A stretch of DNA of 64,000 nucleotides from Lama guanicoe (Eukaryota). Of the stretch, positions 1 to 13,040 are shown piece after piece (position 1 is the stretch's first letter; each line of letters begins with the position of its first letter). Position numbers and translations under genes: made by a program. The stretch is from NCBI GenBank assembly GCA_013239625.1, contig MU054187.1:4971757-5035756 (forward strand). Reading direction: 5' to 3'. The notes under the pieces were generated by a model. That model was not told where the DNA came from. It worked only from the letters and a program-made list of their open reading frames with translations, and searched no databases.

Positions 1-3000
1 GAACCATTTCTTAGTGGTCAAAACTGCCCTGTCTGTGACTCTGGTCTCACAGCTGCTCCAGGTGACTGACGAGGACGGGACAAATGAGCCCCGGGGAGGC
101 TGCGCTCTGCAGCCCTCCTGGTCTTTGAGGGCACCCGGCTCTATGCAGTCAGACTGATTTCACTAGAAACTGACCTGTTTCCTCTAAGAACACACAGCCA
201 ACATCACTACATTTTTGAAAAAATTAAAAAGTCTGGTTCAAGTTCAACATAAATAAGACCTTTAAACAATGGACTGTAGGGTATCAGACGGGGTTGTGGT
301 GCAAGGGGGTCAGCTCCCATCCCCAGGGGCGTTAATGCACGACCTTGACAAAGACACGAGGGGCACATCATAGGACAGAGCCCTGCTCTGGGAGTCGGAT
401 AACAGGGGTGTCACCATCACCCCCAGGATTCTTCAAAGTGTCCCACGCAAGCATTAGTCACTGTCGGATCTAGAACTGACAACAGAAACATCCACCCAAA
501 TTGGAGAGTCCACTCTTTAAGGTAAAGAAAAACAATGTCTCACTTGCAAATATCCACTTAGGAATAAAATCCTTATCAAGGTAAACCACTGGGTAACGGG
601 GGGTGTGGTTAAATGAGAGACAAGGAGCGGGAGGGGCTCTCAGGTCCCACGTGGGAGGCCGCCTGCTCTGCGCTTTCTCTCCTCCGTTCTGTCTGCCCCG
701 CGATCTGTGACCTAATGGCCTTCTCCGCAGTGATCAGGCACAGGGCGAAGCGCTGGGGTTAGAGCCACCACAGAGTTCAAGGTTCCCATCTGATGTCCCA
801 TCTGATGCCGACACATGAACCCCCAGCTCTGGGCTCCACGTCACCCGTGGGCTCTGACAGGAAGATCTTCCTTAAACTCTGCCTGGCTTCAGTTTTCTCA
901 CCAGTGAAATAAGGGACTTTGATTACAGGACCTGCTGTTTTCTTTCAGATGAAAGATTTTTTAAAAATTATATTTTATTCCCTTTTATTCTCTCCATGTA
1001 GCGCATTAGAAACTTTAACAATTTTACCCTATGGATGACTTATTTCACTATTTTGTGTGTGTGCAGCCCATGATTAAAATGTTTAGTTTAGCAAGTTTTA
1101 CCATAATGAAACTTCATATTGCTTCTCTCTTAAAAGCCATTTTCGAAATTTACAAATAATCACTCTGGTTTCAAAATTTTTCTCCAAAGCTTTACTCCTA
1201 GATGGACATTAATCATCATGACAACCTTGTAGAATGAAAACTACCATTTAAAAACCCAATTTGAATCTCTTATGGAAAAAGATCTTATGTTCGAACTTGT
1301 TTGATTAAGTAGAAAAAGTATGGAATGTGGGGTTTCCATGAAAATTGTTCATTTTTATGTTACTTTTTGAAAAAGGTCCACTGAGCATGCTGAAATTGTA
1401 ATAATGAGAAGCAGGCCATAAATTGAAACCTCAAAGAAGACATCTGATTGACTTGAAAAATAATTGGTATCTTTCCACTTAATCTACATTAATGTAAACA
1501 ATAAATCTTCTCTTAAACAAAGATTGTGTGAATCTTCATTTATCTTTTATGACAAGAGAGCAAAGGTTGTAGTTTAATGAATGGAAAGAAGCAACAAGGT
1601 CAGTTTTAAAAGCCTCACAGGTCAAATGTCTGACATCACTGAACATTAAAAAAAAAAAAAAGAGCCCTAACATAGTAATTTCTATTTCAGTCAAACCACT
1701 AGGGTCCAGCTGAGGCTTCACATAGAAAGAAAGAAAACACCATAATTTAGTAACATAGAGACAAGCAATTGGAATGACAATACCCTTTTAAGATGCATTC
1801 ACCAGCATTTTAATAGTGTTGAATTAGGTAGATTTTAAAATAATTTTGCAGCTTCACATTTTGACAGCTGACAACAATCCCTGGCATTGATAAAGGGATT
1901 GGAAAAAGAAGAGCACCTACTTTTATTTTACATATGCATTGATTTTCTCCCAAATGGAAGACCTCTGTCATCTAAAAAGGTTATTCATAGATCCAAAGAG
2001 CTGATCAGGGTTATTAATAACAATAGTAAACTGATCATCATTCCAATGGGACCTGACAAGTTTCTTTTCAAAGTGGATACTAATGTATTGATGCTTGTGA
2101 AGTTCATTACAGCAGTAATAAATCATTAGTCTCTGCAAAATGATTTATACGTTGGCTGAAATGCATTACAACAGACCGTCAAAGAGCTTCGCAGGCACAA
2201 GAAGGCTCTCTGGTGCTTTTGCTGAAACTGTGATGGCTACAGTAACTGGACCCCAACACCAGCTCTAACACTGCAAAATGCACTCTAACCATGGTCGTTT
2301 CTGGTTTGTTTGAAACCAAGTTTTAATTCAGCACAGCTTTAATCCTGCCTTGGATTATGACCGTCTTACAAAGGCTTTGAAAATTATTTTTTTCCTTCAT
2401 TTATTCTATAAAGATTCACTGTGACCCCTGCTAATTACATTTCTTTTAGCTTTACCAAATAATACTTAGAGCATTTCTAGTTGCAATTATTCCCTTAAGA
2501 TTACCTGCATGCATAATAATGTGCACAATAAAAATATCCTTGAGCACCTAACATGATGAACTGACACTCTAATGAAGTGATTCAAAGCCGAGCATGGGCT
2601 GAAATGTTTATTTCCAAACAAGTTTAACAATGTTTTAATATTCCTATAACCTGTTTTTCAAGAGTTAGATGTGTTTGCAGGCACTGTTTGTCCTCTGAAG
2701 AGGAAAACGAGCTGAACTTAAAACAGTATCAACCTTGTCCAGAAAGCAGGAAGGGCTGTCCGATGGTAAGGGTGGTTCAAGGTCACAACAGAGAAATGGG
2801 CTCTCGGTGATGTCTGTTTGTTTAATTTGGGTGTGGACTTGATGAGAAAAATTATTATATCCTCTGTTGTTCCTTTGTTTAATGGGAAACATGGCAAAAG
2901 GAGTAATTTCATGGCTGTCCTTATCCATTTTAAATAAGTCACTGGACATATAATTTCCTCCAATTACAGGAGTCATATTGGAACCTACCTGTTGCTACTT

Positions 3001-3049
3001 CTGGCTGGAAAACCAAGACAAGTGTGCTTATGGGCAAACAATCTCTTTC

Positions 3050-3234
3050 TTTTAAATTTTATTTTTATTGAAGTGCAGTTGATTTACAATGTTCGTGTCA
3101 GGTGTAGAGCAAAGCAATTGACTCAGTTATACATACACATACGTACATATTTTTTTTTCAGATTCTGTTCCATTCTAGCTTGTTATAAGAAACTGAATAT
3201 AGTTCCCTGTGCTCTACAGTAAGTCCTTGTTGTT
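3050..3234 (-). mobile_element. 5'-truncated L1 3' end (artiodactyl-type)
   Basis: TTTTTATTGAAGTGCAGTTGATTTACAATGTT...ATATAGTTCCCTGTGCTCTACAGTAAGTCCTTGTTGTT is the typical reverse L1 3' terminus. Confidence 0.8.
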
Positions 3235-4559
3235 AACACTTTCTTTTCACGGTAGCTTTGCACCACGTGTGACATCTCACCTCTTGCCTTATCGCCTGGC
3301 TCTAGTCACACTGGCTACTGAACTTGTTCTCACTAAATGAGGCTGTTCAGATGGGAACAGGCATTTATTCAGCTTTCTAAAGAGGTTCACTGTGTTAGTT
3401 TAAGATGTTAGTCTGCCCTGTGAATGCCAAATAGACTAAAAAGTGATTTTCAATTCAGATGACCTTATCACCTGTCCTTGGCTGTCTCCACGACTTGTCG
3501 TTGTCACTTCACAACAGAGACTGCTCAAGCGCACGGTTAGCGAGAGCCGCCCTGCCCCAGCACCGCAGAGTCAGTCTCTTGTGTTTGCCGTGCGGATTTT
3601 CAGAAGTTGATTGTTATAATCAAGCCCCGAAGTCTATGCTTCAATGAGGACTTATGATACTTATAATCTGGGTGTCACTCCATTAATGCACATGTAACAT
3701 ACCCTGAAATGTCAAAGTGACTACTTCGAGTAGGATACTTGCCATAAAATGGGTTTTGTTGAGATATTAAATCATGACTCCATTTATAACACTCTTGAGA
3801 CGGAGACCTTGAGTATAACTGCATGTTGAGGTCTCAGTGACTTCAGACATTAGTACACGTGCCACAGTTTACTCCTGATGACTGTCCCAAAGTGCTTGCT
3901 GGCAGTTGATGTCTACGGCTGAGTCTAAAACAGGGACAGACCCTGAGAAGGTTCAGGAGACAGCCCGAAACAGGTTTCAAGAGACCGTCTTACTTGGACG
4001 TGCTTTCACCTAGATTTTCTCAAATGGACTCAGCCTCTACTGAGCAGGGATGCTGGACTCCCTAGTGCATCACCCCCCACACCTTCCATCCCTAATCCTC
4101 TCCTCGTGAAAGTACCAGAGAGTAAGAAAAGCTACAGGAGACGTGAACGCCATAAAGTTTAATGCAAAAAATACAACTAACTCTAGCTATGTCATCAAAC
4201 TGTTTCCTAAATCTATTATGTTCTGCTATAAATGATAGCAGTTGGAAGTGCGGACACCACAGCTACATCAGGGGAAACCCGACGCCAGTCAGTACTTGAT
4301 AAGACACTGCCAGGACTGCACGTGGCCCGTGCATGCATGTGTCTGAAGTGGATTTCTTCCTAAACGAAATACAGGAAATCAAGAGCAATCACACAGAGTC
4401 CAGATTCCACCAGTGGTCAAATAAAAATCTAAAAGTTGGCAGTTAAAAATAATTTTTTTTCTTTTATTTCTTTTTTTTTACATTTTTATTGATTCATAAT
4501 CATTTTACATTATTTTTGATGCTCAACAAAACATATTCTTCAGACAAATGAGTGACAAT

Positions 4560-5820
4560 TACGCACATAAAGTATTAATTTCTGTTAAATTTGTATGAAT
4601 TCCCTTACTTTTTATACTTGGTTTACAATGGGTTTTTTTTTTGTTTTGTTTTTTCCAATAATACAATGAAATTATCTGCACATAAGGACAGTTTTATCTT
4701 GTTTTTCCCCCCAATATTTATGCCTTTATTTTACTTATTTTGTTTAATTATATTAACTAGCACTTTAAGGATGTTAAAGGTAGCTGTTATGGGGGCATCC
4801 CCATAGAGTAACATTTTTTACTCTAGTGAGACTGATTCTGGTATCTCCGTTGTAAACATAAGCCTGAGTTTTGTTTAGATAAATACATTCCATCACATTA
4901 AGGAGGAATCCATTCAGCCCTATTTTATTAAGTTTTAAAGTCGAGAACAGATGTTGAATTTTGGCAAATATTGCAGTAGGTTTACCACGCAATTTATGTG
5001 AAATGTACGTATTTCCTAATATTGAGCCACCCTTGTCTCCCTGGAATGAGCCTGACTTGGTCAAGATGTATTCTTACCCTCGGTTTCTGTTTAATATTTT
5101 AATTAGGCTTTTGTGTTCATGTTCAGTAGTGAAACTGGTCTCTAGTTTTATTTTTTTGGTGCAATTCTTGTCAAGTTTTGGTACCAATATTGTACTCACT
5201 TCACATAAAAGAAGCTGCAATTTTCCTTTTCCCTGAGGCTTTGGAACAGTTTTTAACAGCTTTAAATATTGGTTAGAATTCCACTCCAACACCATTTAGG
5301 CACGTTGCTAATTTTACTGGGGAGGCAGCAGCATTCTCATTTTCTTCTTTTGAGATCAGTTTATTTTGACTTTTTTTTTCTGTGATCAGCTTTTTCTAAA
5401 TTACAATTTTCCAGATTTTTCCAACTTATTTACAAAGAACCTAACAAAGTGGTTGTTTATGATTCTCGTAGTCTTCTGTATGGTTCTGTGTTTATTTTAT
5501 CTATTATGTGCTTTGCTCTTTTCTTCAACCAGTCTATTTTATTGTCTTTTCAGAAAAATGGATTTTGATTTTATTTCTCAATTCCATTGATTTCTGCTTC
5601 CAAACTTGCTATTTTCTGCTCTTTATTAATACCTTTCTTTTGCTCTCCTTAAATTTATTTTTTTGATACTTTTCTAACTTATCATCTCTTAACTATAACT
5701 TATTTCATTTAAATAAATTTATATACTTACTAACATAAGTGTTTAAGGCTAAGAATCTTCTGATTAACACAGCACTAGCTATAATTATAGCTCCTGATGT
5801 GCCATATTTCATTTTTATTT
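4560..5820 (-). mobile_element. Degenerate old L1 ORF2 fragment (reverse transcriptase region)
   Basis: Minus strand gives LLCEVSTILVPKLDKNCTKK...KSLIKILNR (cf. L1 ORF2 FYEASITLIPKPDKD...KILNKIL) and LCADNFIVLLE at ~4653-4685 (cf. LFADDMIVYLE). Confidence 0.85.
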
Positions 5821-5829
5821 TTTAGAAAC

Positions 5830-7080
5830 TCTCCAACCAGATAGAAAACATAATAGAAGAAAACATCCCATTATAGCAGCAACATGAAAATATCTAGTAA
5901 TAAATATCTAGTAGTAAGTTTAACAAGCTGTATAAGAAAACCTTAAAACACTACTGAAAGCCACCAAAGAAGACCTGAAGAAATGGAAGCACACACCACG
6001 TTCTTGAAGAAAAGGACTTAATATCATTTAGATATTGATTCTCTATAAGTTAATTTAGAAATATAGTGTGATATCAGTAGAAGAATACTGGGAATTTTTT
6101 GTTTTATAGAGTTGGGCAAGTAATCCTCAAGTTCAAATAGAAAAATTAACACAAACAGCCTGGAAGAGAAATGAGGAAAGATTAGCACTAAAAGATACTG
6201 AAATGTATTAAAACAGTGGGAAAACCATGGCAACAGAAGGACTAGGAAGACCATAGAAGAGAAAATCTGGAGATTCAACTACCTGCATAAATTTACTGTC
6301 TACTAGAAGAGGCACCTCAAGCTGGTGGATTAAAGATGGACTGTCCATTCAATACACGGAACTGAAATAAGCAGTGAGCCAACTGACAAAAATTAAATTG
6401 TATCCATACCCGTTACCTCACACCAGAGTAAGTTCTAACAGATAGTTTGTGAAAAAAGGAAATAAGAATGGTTGTTTATGGTGTGAAAAAAGGTATTTTT
6501 TTCATTTGTCAGATTGACCAAAATTCTAATGTATGATAAAGTTAGAGTGAAACAGACATTCTACTGTTTAGACAATGACAATGTAAGTTGTTACAACACC
6601 TATACAGTGCAATTTGGCATAGCTGATAAAATTACAAAATCATATGCTACATTTTTCCCCCAGAAATTCCACTGCACTTGCTCATACAAAATATTTGTAC
6701 ACGGCTCTTTATTGAAGCATTCTTTGCAACAGGAAAAAAGTGAAACCAAAACACCTTCAATAGGAGGTGGGTTAATTGGGTTATCAAGCTTCTACATGAT
6801 GGAACACTACACAGCCGTGAAAAAGAACAAAGCAGCTTTGTACTGATGTGAAGATCTCCAAGTAAAAAAAAGAGAAGTGGAACAATATGTCATCTTTTGT
6901 GAAAAGAAGAAAATGGGGGAGAAAATAAAGACCTATAAACTCTGGAAAGAGACAAAAGAAACAATGTAGGTGGTTATTTATTTTGATGGCAGAGGGGGAA
7001 ATGGAAGATAGAGGATAAGAAGGGAACATCCCTAGTGTTAAATTACGTGACTGTATTAGGAATTCAAATAATTAAAAGGA
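5830..7080 (+). mobile_element. Degenerate old L1, 3' part of ORF2 and 3' UTR (L1M-type)
   Basis: Plus-strand EDLKKWKHTPRS near 5970-6005 (cf. EDLNKWKDIPCSW), ATGGAACACTACACAGCCGTGAAAAAGAAC near 6799, A-rich strand bias. Confidence 0.8.
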
Positions 7081-7455
7081 AAGATTAAATAAAAATGACA
7101 ATTACAATATGAAAAAAAATCTATCAGTAATAGATGGATCCCCTATAGATATTTTGAAATAAGATTTTACCTTTTAGCAGAAGTCATGGCTTAAGAAGTG
7201 AATTACTGAATCCAAAAGAATTGTCACAGCAAAATTTCAATGCTCAAATGCTTTGCATTTACTTTAATTAATATTGCTACATGTGTATTTCAAAATCAAC
7301 TAAAGATACATTATTAGTTGCCAAGAGTTCAAAATTCAAACTGTGACTAAAGTAATCTTTTAACAACAAGATAAAAACAGGATTTCCAATTTAAAAAGCT
7401 TGAAGGCTATATATGTTATGAGATATGACTCAGACTTTCCCAGATGACTATGTGC

Positions 7456-7776
7456 CACACGCGCACCTCGTTTTCAAGTGCTTTGCTTTATTGTGCTTCA
7501 TAGATAATACGTTTTTTACAAATTGAAGTTTTGTGGCAACCCTGTGTTGTCAGATGATGATTAGCCTTTTTTTCAATTAAGTATTTTTCAATTAAGGTAT
7601 GTTCATTGTTTTTTAAGACACAATGCTATTGCAGACTTAACAGACTACAGTATAGTGTAAACATAACTTTTATATGCGCTGGGAAACCAAAACATTCATG
7701 GAACTTGCTTTATTATGGTTTTAGCTTTATTGCAGTGGTCTGGAACTGAGCCCACCGTATCTCCCAGGTATGCCTG
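7456..7776 (+). mobile_element. Tigger1-derived non-autonomous DNA transposon (Tigger1a_Art-like)
   Basis: TTTTTTACAAATTGAAGTTTTGTGGCAACCCTG and TAACAGACTACAGTATAGTGTAAACATAACTTTTATATGC; right terminus AGGTATGCCTG followed by TA. Confidence 0.85.
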
Positions 7777-7954
7777 TATTCACCAAAGATTCAGTGGGAA
7801 AACAGAAAAATATCTCAAAACATTTGATTGGTTAGAAAATCAGAAGTCAGGTGTAATCATCTTGTACATTTTATAAAACCTTTTATGTCTATAATATTGA
7901 TAATCATTTTTGGGGGGCTCTAATTAAAAATGAGATAAATTTGATAATACATCG

Positions 7955-9150
7955 ATACATTCAACAAATATGAGAGTTATTAGGTACAAGAGATGTTGGG
8001 ACTCTACACTGGGGAGAATTCAGAAAGGAAGCTAACACAGCTAAGACAGCTTGCAGTACAGTAGAGGACCTGAGACCCCTCGACAATTAGGGGCAGAGGG
8101 GGGCAGGCCATCGCTGGAGGGGTTCACAGCGTTATGAGGGTGTCATGCAGGAGACAGACCACAATCATGTGAGAGCATTATAAACTGAACTCTGAAGAGT
8201 GTGGGTCGAATTTTAGTAAACAGAGGTCAGGAAAGTAGAACATTTCAAGTAGAATTAATTTCAGGTAGGGGAAAGGAGAGGAGCTGCTCATAAAATGGCC
8301 GTGTTAAGTTTTTTGGATATGTAGGAAACAAGCTGAGAAATAAAGAGAAGTAGGGTTGTCATGGGAGGTGGGCAATAGTTGACCTAAGACCATAGGGAAG
8401 ACAGGGCCGCCGTACTGTGTGGCTCCCGGGGGTACACGCCACCTGATGGCAGCTCTGTCTAAGGAGTATGTTTTTTGTTTGTTTCTTTGTGTTTTGTTAA
8501 TGGGCAATGGGGAATCCATCAAAGATTCTGAGCATTGAAATGATACAATAAACCTACGTCTTAAAAAAAGTGTTCTTGTAATTTGTGCATAAAGGAGTGA
8601 ATGGAGAAGAGATAGCTGAGGACCTTAACATCATTACTCCAAAGAAGAGATAATCTCTTACTGTCTCTTGCTTGGCATAGTTATAAATCTCTCACACTGG
8701 GTGCCGGTGCTTGGAACGTTCGGGAAGCGATAATGTGAGAACTGCTGCGGAGGCAGAAATGGGCATAGGAGTCCAGGGAGTGCGGAAAACGTGATACTCA
8801 GGTTTCAGGTCGCGGTGACCAGGAGAACAGCAGTAGCATGGGAGGAGGGACCAAGCGTAGGGAGGAAAATGTTAACTTTAAGGTGTTAGCAGAAAGCCCG
8901 GAGGGGTGCTCGCGAGGCATCTGAAGTCATGGAAGTAGAGGCTGAAAATGAGAGCAGCAGTGTGGGAGACACTGATGCGTCCAGCCCCTGAGGGGGCTGT
9001 GGTGGAAACTGCAGGGCTGGCTGAGATCACAGGGATGCAGACCCAGACAGGCACCACCGTGGGGGGTGTTCACACTTATGACCTACAGGAGAGATGGGGC
9101 GGGTGAGAACTCAGGGAGTCACAGACATATCCCAGCAGAAAAGGATCTGA
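7955..9150 (-). mobile_element. L2 LINE remnant
   Basis: Begins with reverse tail CATTCAACAAATAT; purine-rich body with motifs such as GGCAATGGGGAATCCATCAAAGATTCTGAGCA. Boundaries approximate. Confidence 0.65.
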
Positions 9151-12100
9151 GAGCTCAAAGTGTCTGTTCCCTTAAACACGTCGATCTCTAAGACCCTCCC
9201 TTCCTTGCATTTTCCAGGTGAGCAGACTGAGGTCATGATGGGAGAAAAGCGAGACAGATGGTTTCCATGGAGTCATGAGACGTAGAGGCCACCTGTGAGG
9301 TTTGGGGTGAAGAGATGGGGCAGACCCGTGAGTAAACAGTGATCCTTAGGGACACGGATGGTTAACTGCTCTGGCAAGCAAACAGGAGACTGATACACAT
9401 TTGTAAGTAGAAGCGGGTCAGCCCAAAGTGAGAGACTCAATATTTAAAAATAAAGGTGAGTGTTGGAGGGTCAAGTGAACATTCAGACGTGTTGGTTTTT
9501 TCCCTGCTTTCTTGAGATGTCACTGACATGCAACCGCTTAGACATGTTAATCTTAAAAAAATAAATCAATAAAGGGGAAGAAGCTCTTCCTCAGAAGCCA
9601 AGGGGAAGAACTAATAAGAGGAATGAGATGCCATGCTGTGACCTACACATTCAGCCCTATGTACTCTGTAATCTCGAGCGCACTGAGGCCAGGAGAGTTG
9701 TGGAAACTGGCCTGCCTCGCACAGTGGCGAACCAAGGCGTCTGCCTCCCTGAATCCTGATCACTCGCCCTCCTGCCTTTCCAAAGGGAAGGGAAACAGGT
9801 ACAAACAGAGAGCACACTTAGGAAGGGAAAAGGGAAGTGGGGAGAGTTTTTGATGGGTAACTAAGATTTCTTCATGAAGGGCCATTAAGCTCTGCTGTGG
9901 AACTGGGAAGCTCAGGGCTTAGAGAGATGGGAGGACTCGAATTTGCACGTGAGTTTAAACCCAGGAGCAGCTCTACGTTGCCTGTGAGATGTGCTGGGCT
10001 GCTCTGCTTCGGCCGATTGTGCCACAGGAAGGACGTGGGCTCTGTGTTTTGGCAAACAGTGCTCCAGAGACAGCGATGGCGGACTGCCGTTTGGACTAAT
10101 ACATGTTGGTCCTTGAAAGAAATCACCCAGTTTCTGCCACGCAGCGCGCTCTTTAAACTATTCCTGTACTCACAGCACACCGTGGATGGAATTAGACAAT
10201 GAGACTGCTATCATGTGAGAAGGGGGAAAAAAGCCCCATTCCTGGGTGGGAACTGCTTCTAAAGAGCTCACTCATCAAGCTTTTCAGAAGTTTCTACGAT
10301 TTACTGTTGTCATAATTGCTCTGCTCCACTCACTACTCTGTCGAAAGCCATCAACAGCCTACCACTTCGGTTCCCAGCGTTTCTTAATTTTAGGGCATTG
10401 CTAAGAGCATCCACAAGATGACAGAGTCAACTCCAGGATGGACAAAGCTCGGAAGGAGGCAGGTGTAAGGGCTGGCGGTGGTGGGGGAGGCAAGAGGCAG
10501 AGACAGAGATGGAATTAATAAGAGACATTTTCTTCTCCACTTACAATGAAACTCCTTTTCCTGGTGGTTGCATTTTTCTAGTGGGCATGGTAACAGTTAA
10601 ACTGAACAAATATGAACTTGAACGGCCCTGATATTAGACTGAAATCCATTTGGATTACAGTTGCATGAAAGATGTTACCTATACTGAATCTAAAACCGAT
10701 AAAAAAGGAACGCGTATGGCTTTGGGCTCTCTTAAAGGTGTCGCATGGCCACAAGAACTCTGCTAGTGTGGGATTTAAAGTATGGCGTTAACAGAGACAG
10801 ATGCAAAATCACACAGACCGGTTACATTTGGTTCTGGTGCAGCCTCGCACGTCAGTTCTTGGCCTAATGTACTGCTCCCTACGGTGGTCTTTGGAGAAGT
10901 ACTTTATTGGGACTCAGTTTCTGCTTGTTTTTAGGCTCTTTCCTGCATTAATTCTGTATGACTGTGGGCAAGTCATTTAATCTCCCAGCTGCCCGATTTA
11001 CTTGACAATTTAATGGGGCTCCTTATCACTCAGGAGCAATTGTGGGGACTAAACACTTAGAAGTGCAAAGATGGAAGCAACAGTAACATTAAACGTGACA
11101 GAACTCTGTTATTGCCTTGTCTTTGAAATAACTAGAAGCAGATGAATTTGTTGGTCCAACACCATATGCTTCAGGTCAAATACAAATATAAGGGCAAAAA
11201 ACTGTCTTTATATTACTCCACTAAATTGTTGTTTTATTTATTTGCATCCAATTGCCTTTTAACCCAGAAATCTAACTGCTTTGTGTCTATAGTAATTTTG
11301 AAAAGTTATAATTTTGCATAGGCATCATGATTTACCCTTCAAATTGCCCCAAATTACTTACATACAAGCGCGCGCACACACACACACACACACATATTGC
11401 TATAAATAAGAGAAAAACTGAGTTCTCAACAACCGCATTCTCATCTTTGGCTAGAAGAAAACATTTCTTTTTTTCCCTCAAAGACATTATCTATCTTCAT
11501 TTCCTGAAATTAGTGCCTATCCCCAGCAATGGCCATCTCCAGGTGAAAGACGCTATTGAAGTGGTTCCTAAGGAACATGCACTACACGTCCTAGGAACAG
11601 TGTTTTCAAAATCTTTTCAAAACAGAACATATGATTTTAAACTCTACAGCACATAGTTATTTTTAGTATAGGTTTTATAATTTTTTATTTAAATTAACAC
11701 ACATTCAGTGTAGTTATTATCTTTGTAAGACTTTTACTTGGCAGAAAGTAACACAAGCTTATGAAAGCTAGACTTCACAAGACAACTGAACATTGGGATG
11801 TACCTTAAAACTGTTCAGGGTGCTAATGTGGGAGCTACAGGAACGAAAAACACTTCTAAGTATAAATGTATGAAGTAGTGAATTCAGAATATGCCCTGCT
11901 GCTTAGTCAACAGGTAAAACTGAGAGCTCTCCTAGTTAGCAGTGGGGAGATATCCACTCTCCCTTTGCAAACTACGGCTCTATTTTCGTATAAGAATCAC
12001 TTCTTTAACTGAATACAAATTGCCTTTACTAGAGTACAACGGGTCGATCTTCTGCTTAGTGAAAACTTGAGACTCGAGCTGGCCCCCTTTGCTAAACTGC

Positions 12101-12771
12101 ACTCAGGTGCTTGGAGATAATAGTACGATGATCATAATTCAAGGTTTCTTTGAAAGCGGGACACCCTGTGAGCCACAAGCCAATCGGATCTGGACTCAGC
12201 GAGTCCTTGTTGATGGCCAACCTCACTGCAGTTCTGCTGTGATCCGGGCGGGCCCTTTAGAAACACGGCAGCATTCAGTTCTCAAAACAGCCCAGTGAGG
12301 GAGGTTCTATTAGTCCCACTTTGCAGATTAATTCATTAAGGCTCTTTGAAGTTTAGCATCATCCAAGGTAAGTAAGAAGCTGAGCTGAGCTTTCAAGATA
12401 GATGTTCTTGCTTCACATCTGGGGCTTGTCCCTTTTATTGACATAGATTTTAAACGATTAGACAGATCAGCTCAATAACAGCGGCTTCGGTAGAGTGATG
12501 CATTCTTAAAAGAGTCACTGAGAGTGGCTTGCTACCAATCATGAACCTTTCCTAACATGTGCATTGACAATTCTGGTTATTCTAGGGCTCCGATTACTCG
12601 CAATCTTACTAGATTCTAGTTGAACAATCTCCCTTCTGTTTTTAAACTATGACTCGTCTTTGGAAAACAAAATGAAACAAGACACTTGGGAGAGTCTACC
12701 TCCATAAACGAAAAGACTGTAGTTCTTTATGTGTACAATTATTTATGCATCAATAAATACATAAATAAATA

Positions 12772-13040
12772 CAGGAGCCCTCCCTCATCCAGTCTCGCTT
12801 TCCTCGGTTTCCGTTACCTGCAGTCAACTTAGGTTTGAAAGCAGTTAAATGGAAAATTCCAGAAACAAACTATTCATAAATTTTAAATTGCACACCATTT
12901 GGAGCAGCATCAAGAAATCTTGAGCCGTCCAGTTCCATCTCCCTGACCCCAACCACCGACATCGTCTGCTCCTGACATCCAAGCTTTGACGTGGTCATGA
13001 TTCCATGATCCAAGATCACCCAAAGCAGATGACCCCAAGA
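12772..13040 (+). mobile_element. MER44 (Tigger7-family) DNA transposon fragment
   Basis: TCGCTTTCCTCGGTTTCCGTTACCTGCAGTCAAC...TTAAATGGAAAATTCCAGAAACAAACTATTCATAAATTTTAAATTGCAC matches the recalled MER44 left end. Confidence 0.8.

Noticed and set aside
784..807. 12-bp direct repeat TCCCATCTGATG x2
   Set aside because: Ordinary slippage duplication with no supporting context.
4452..4510. Possible ultra-short young L1 tail
   Set aside because: Too short and T-rich, with no clear TSD.
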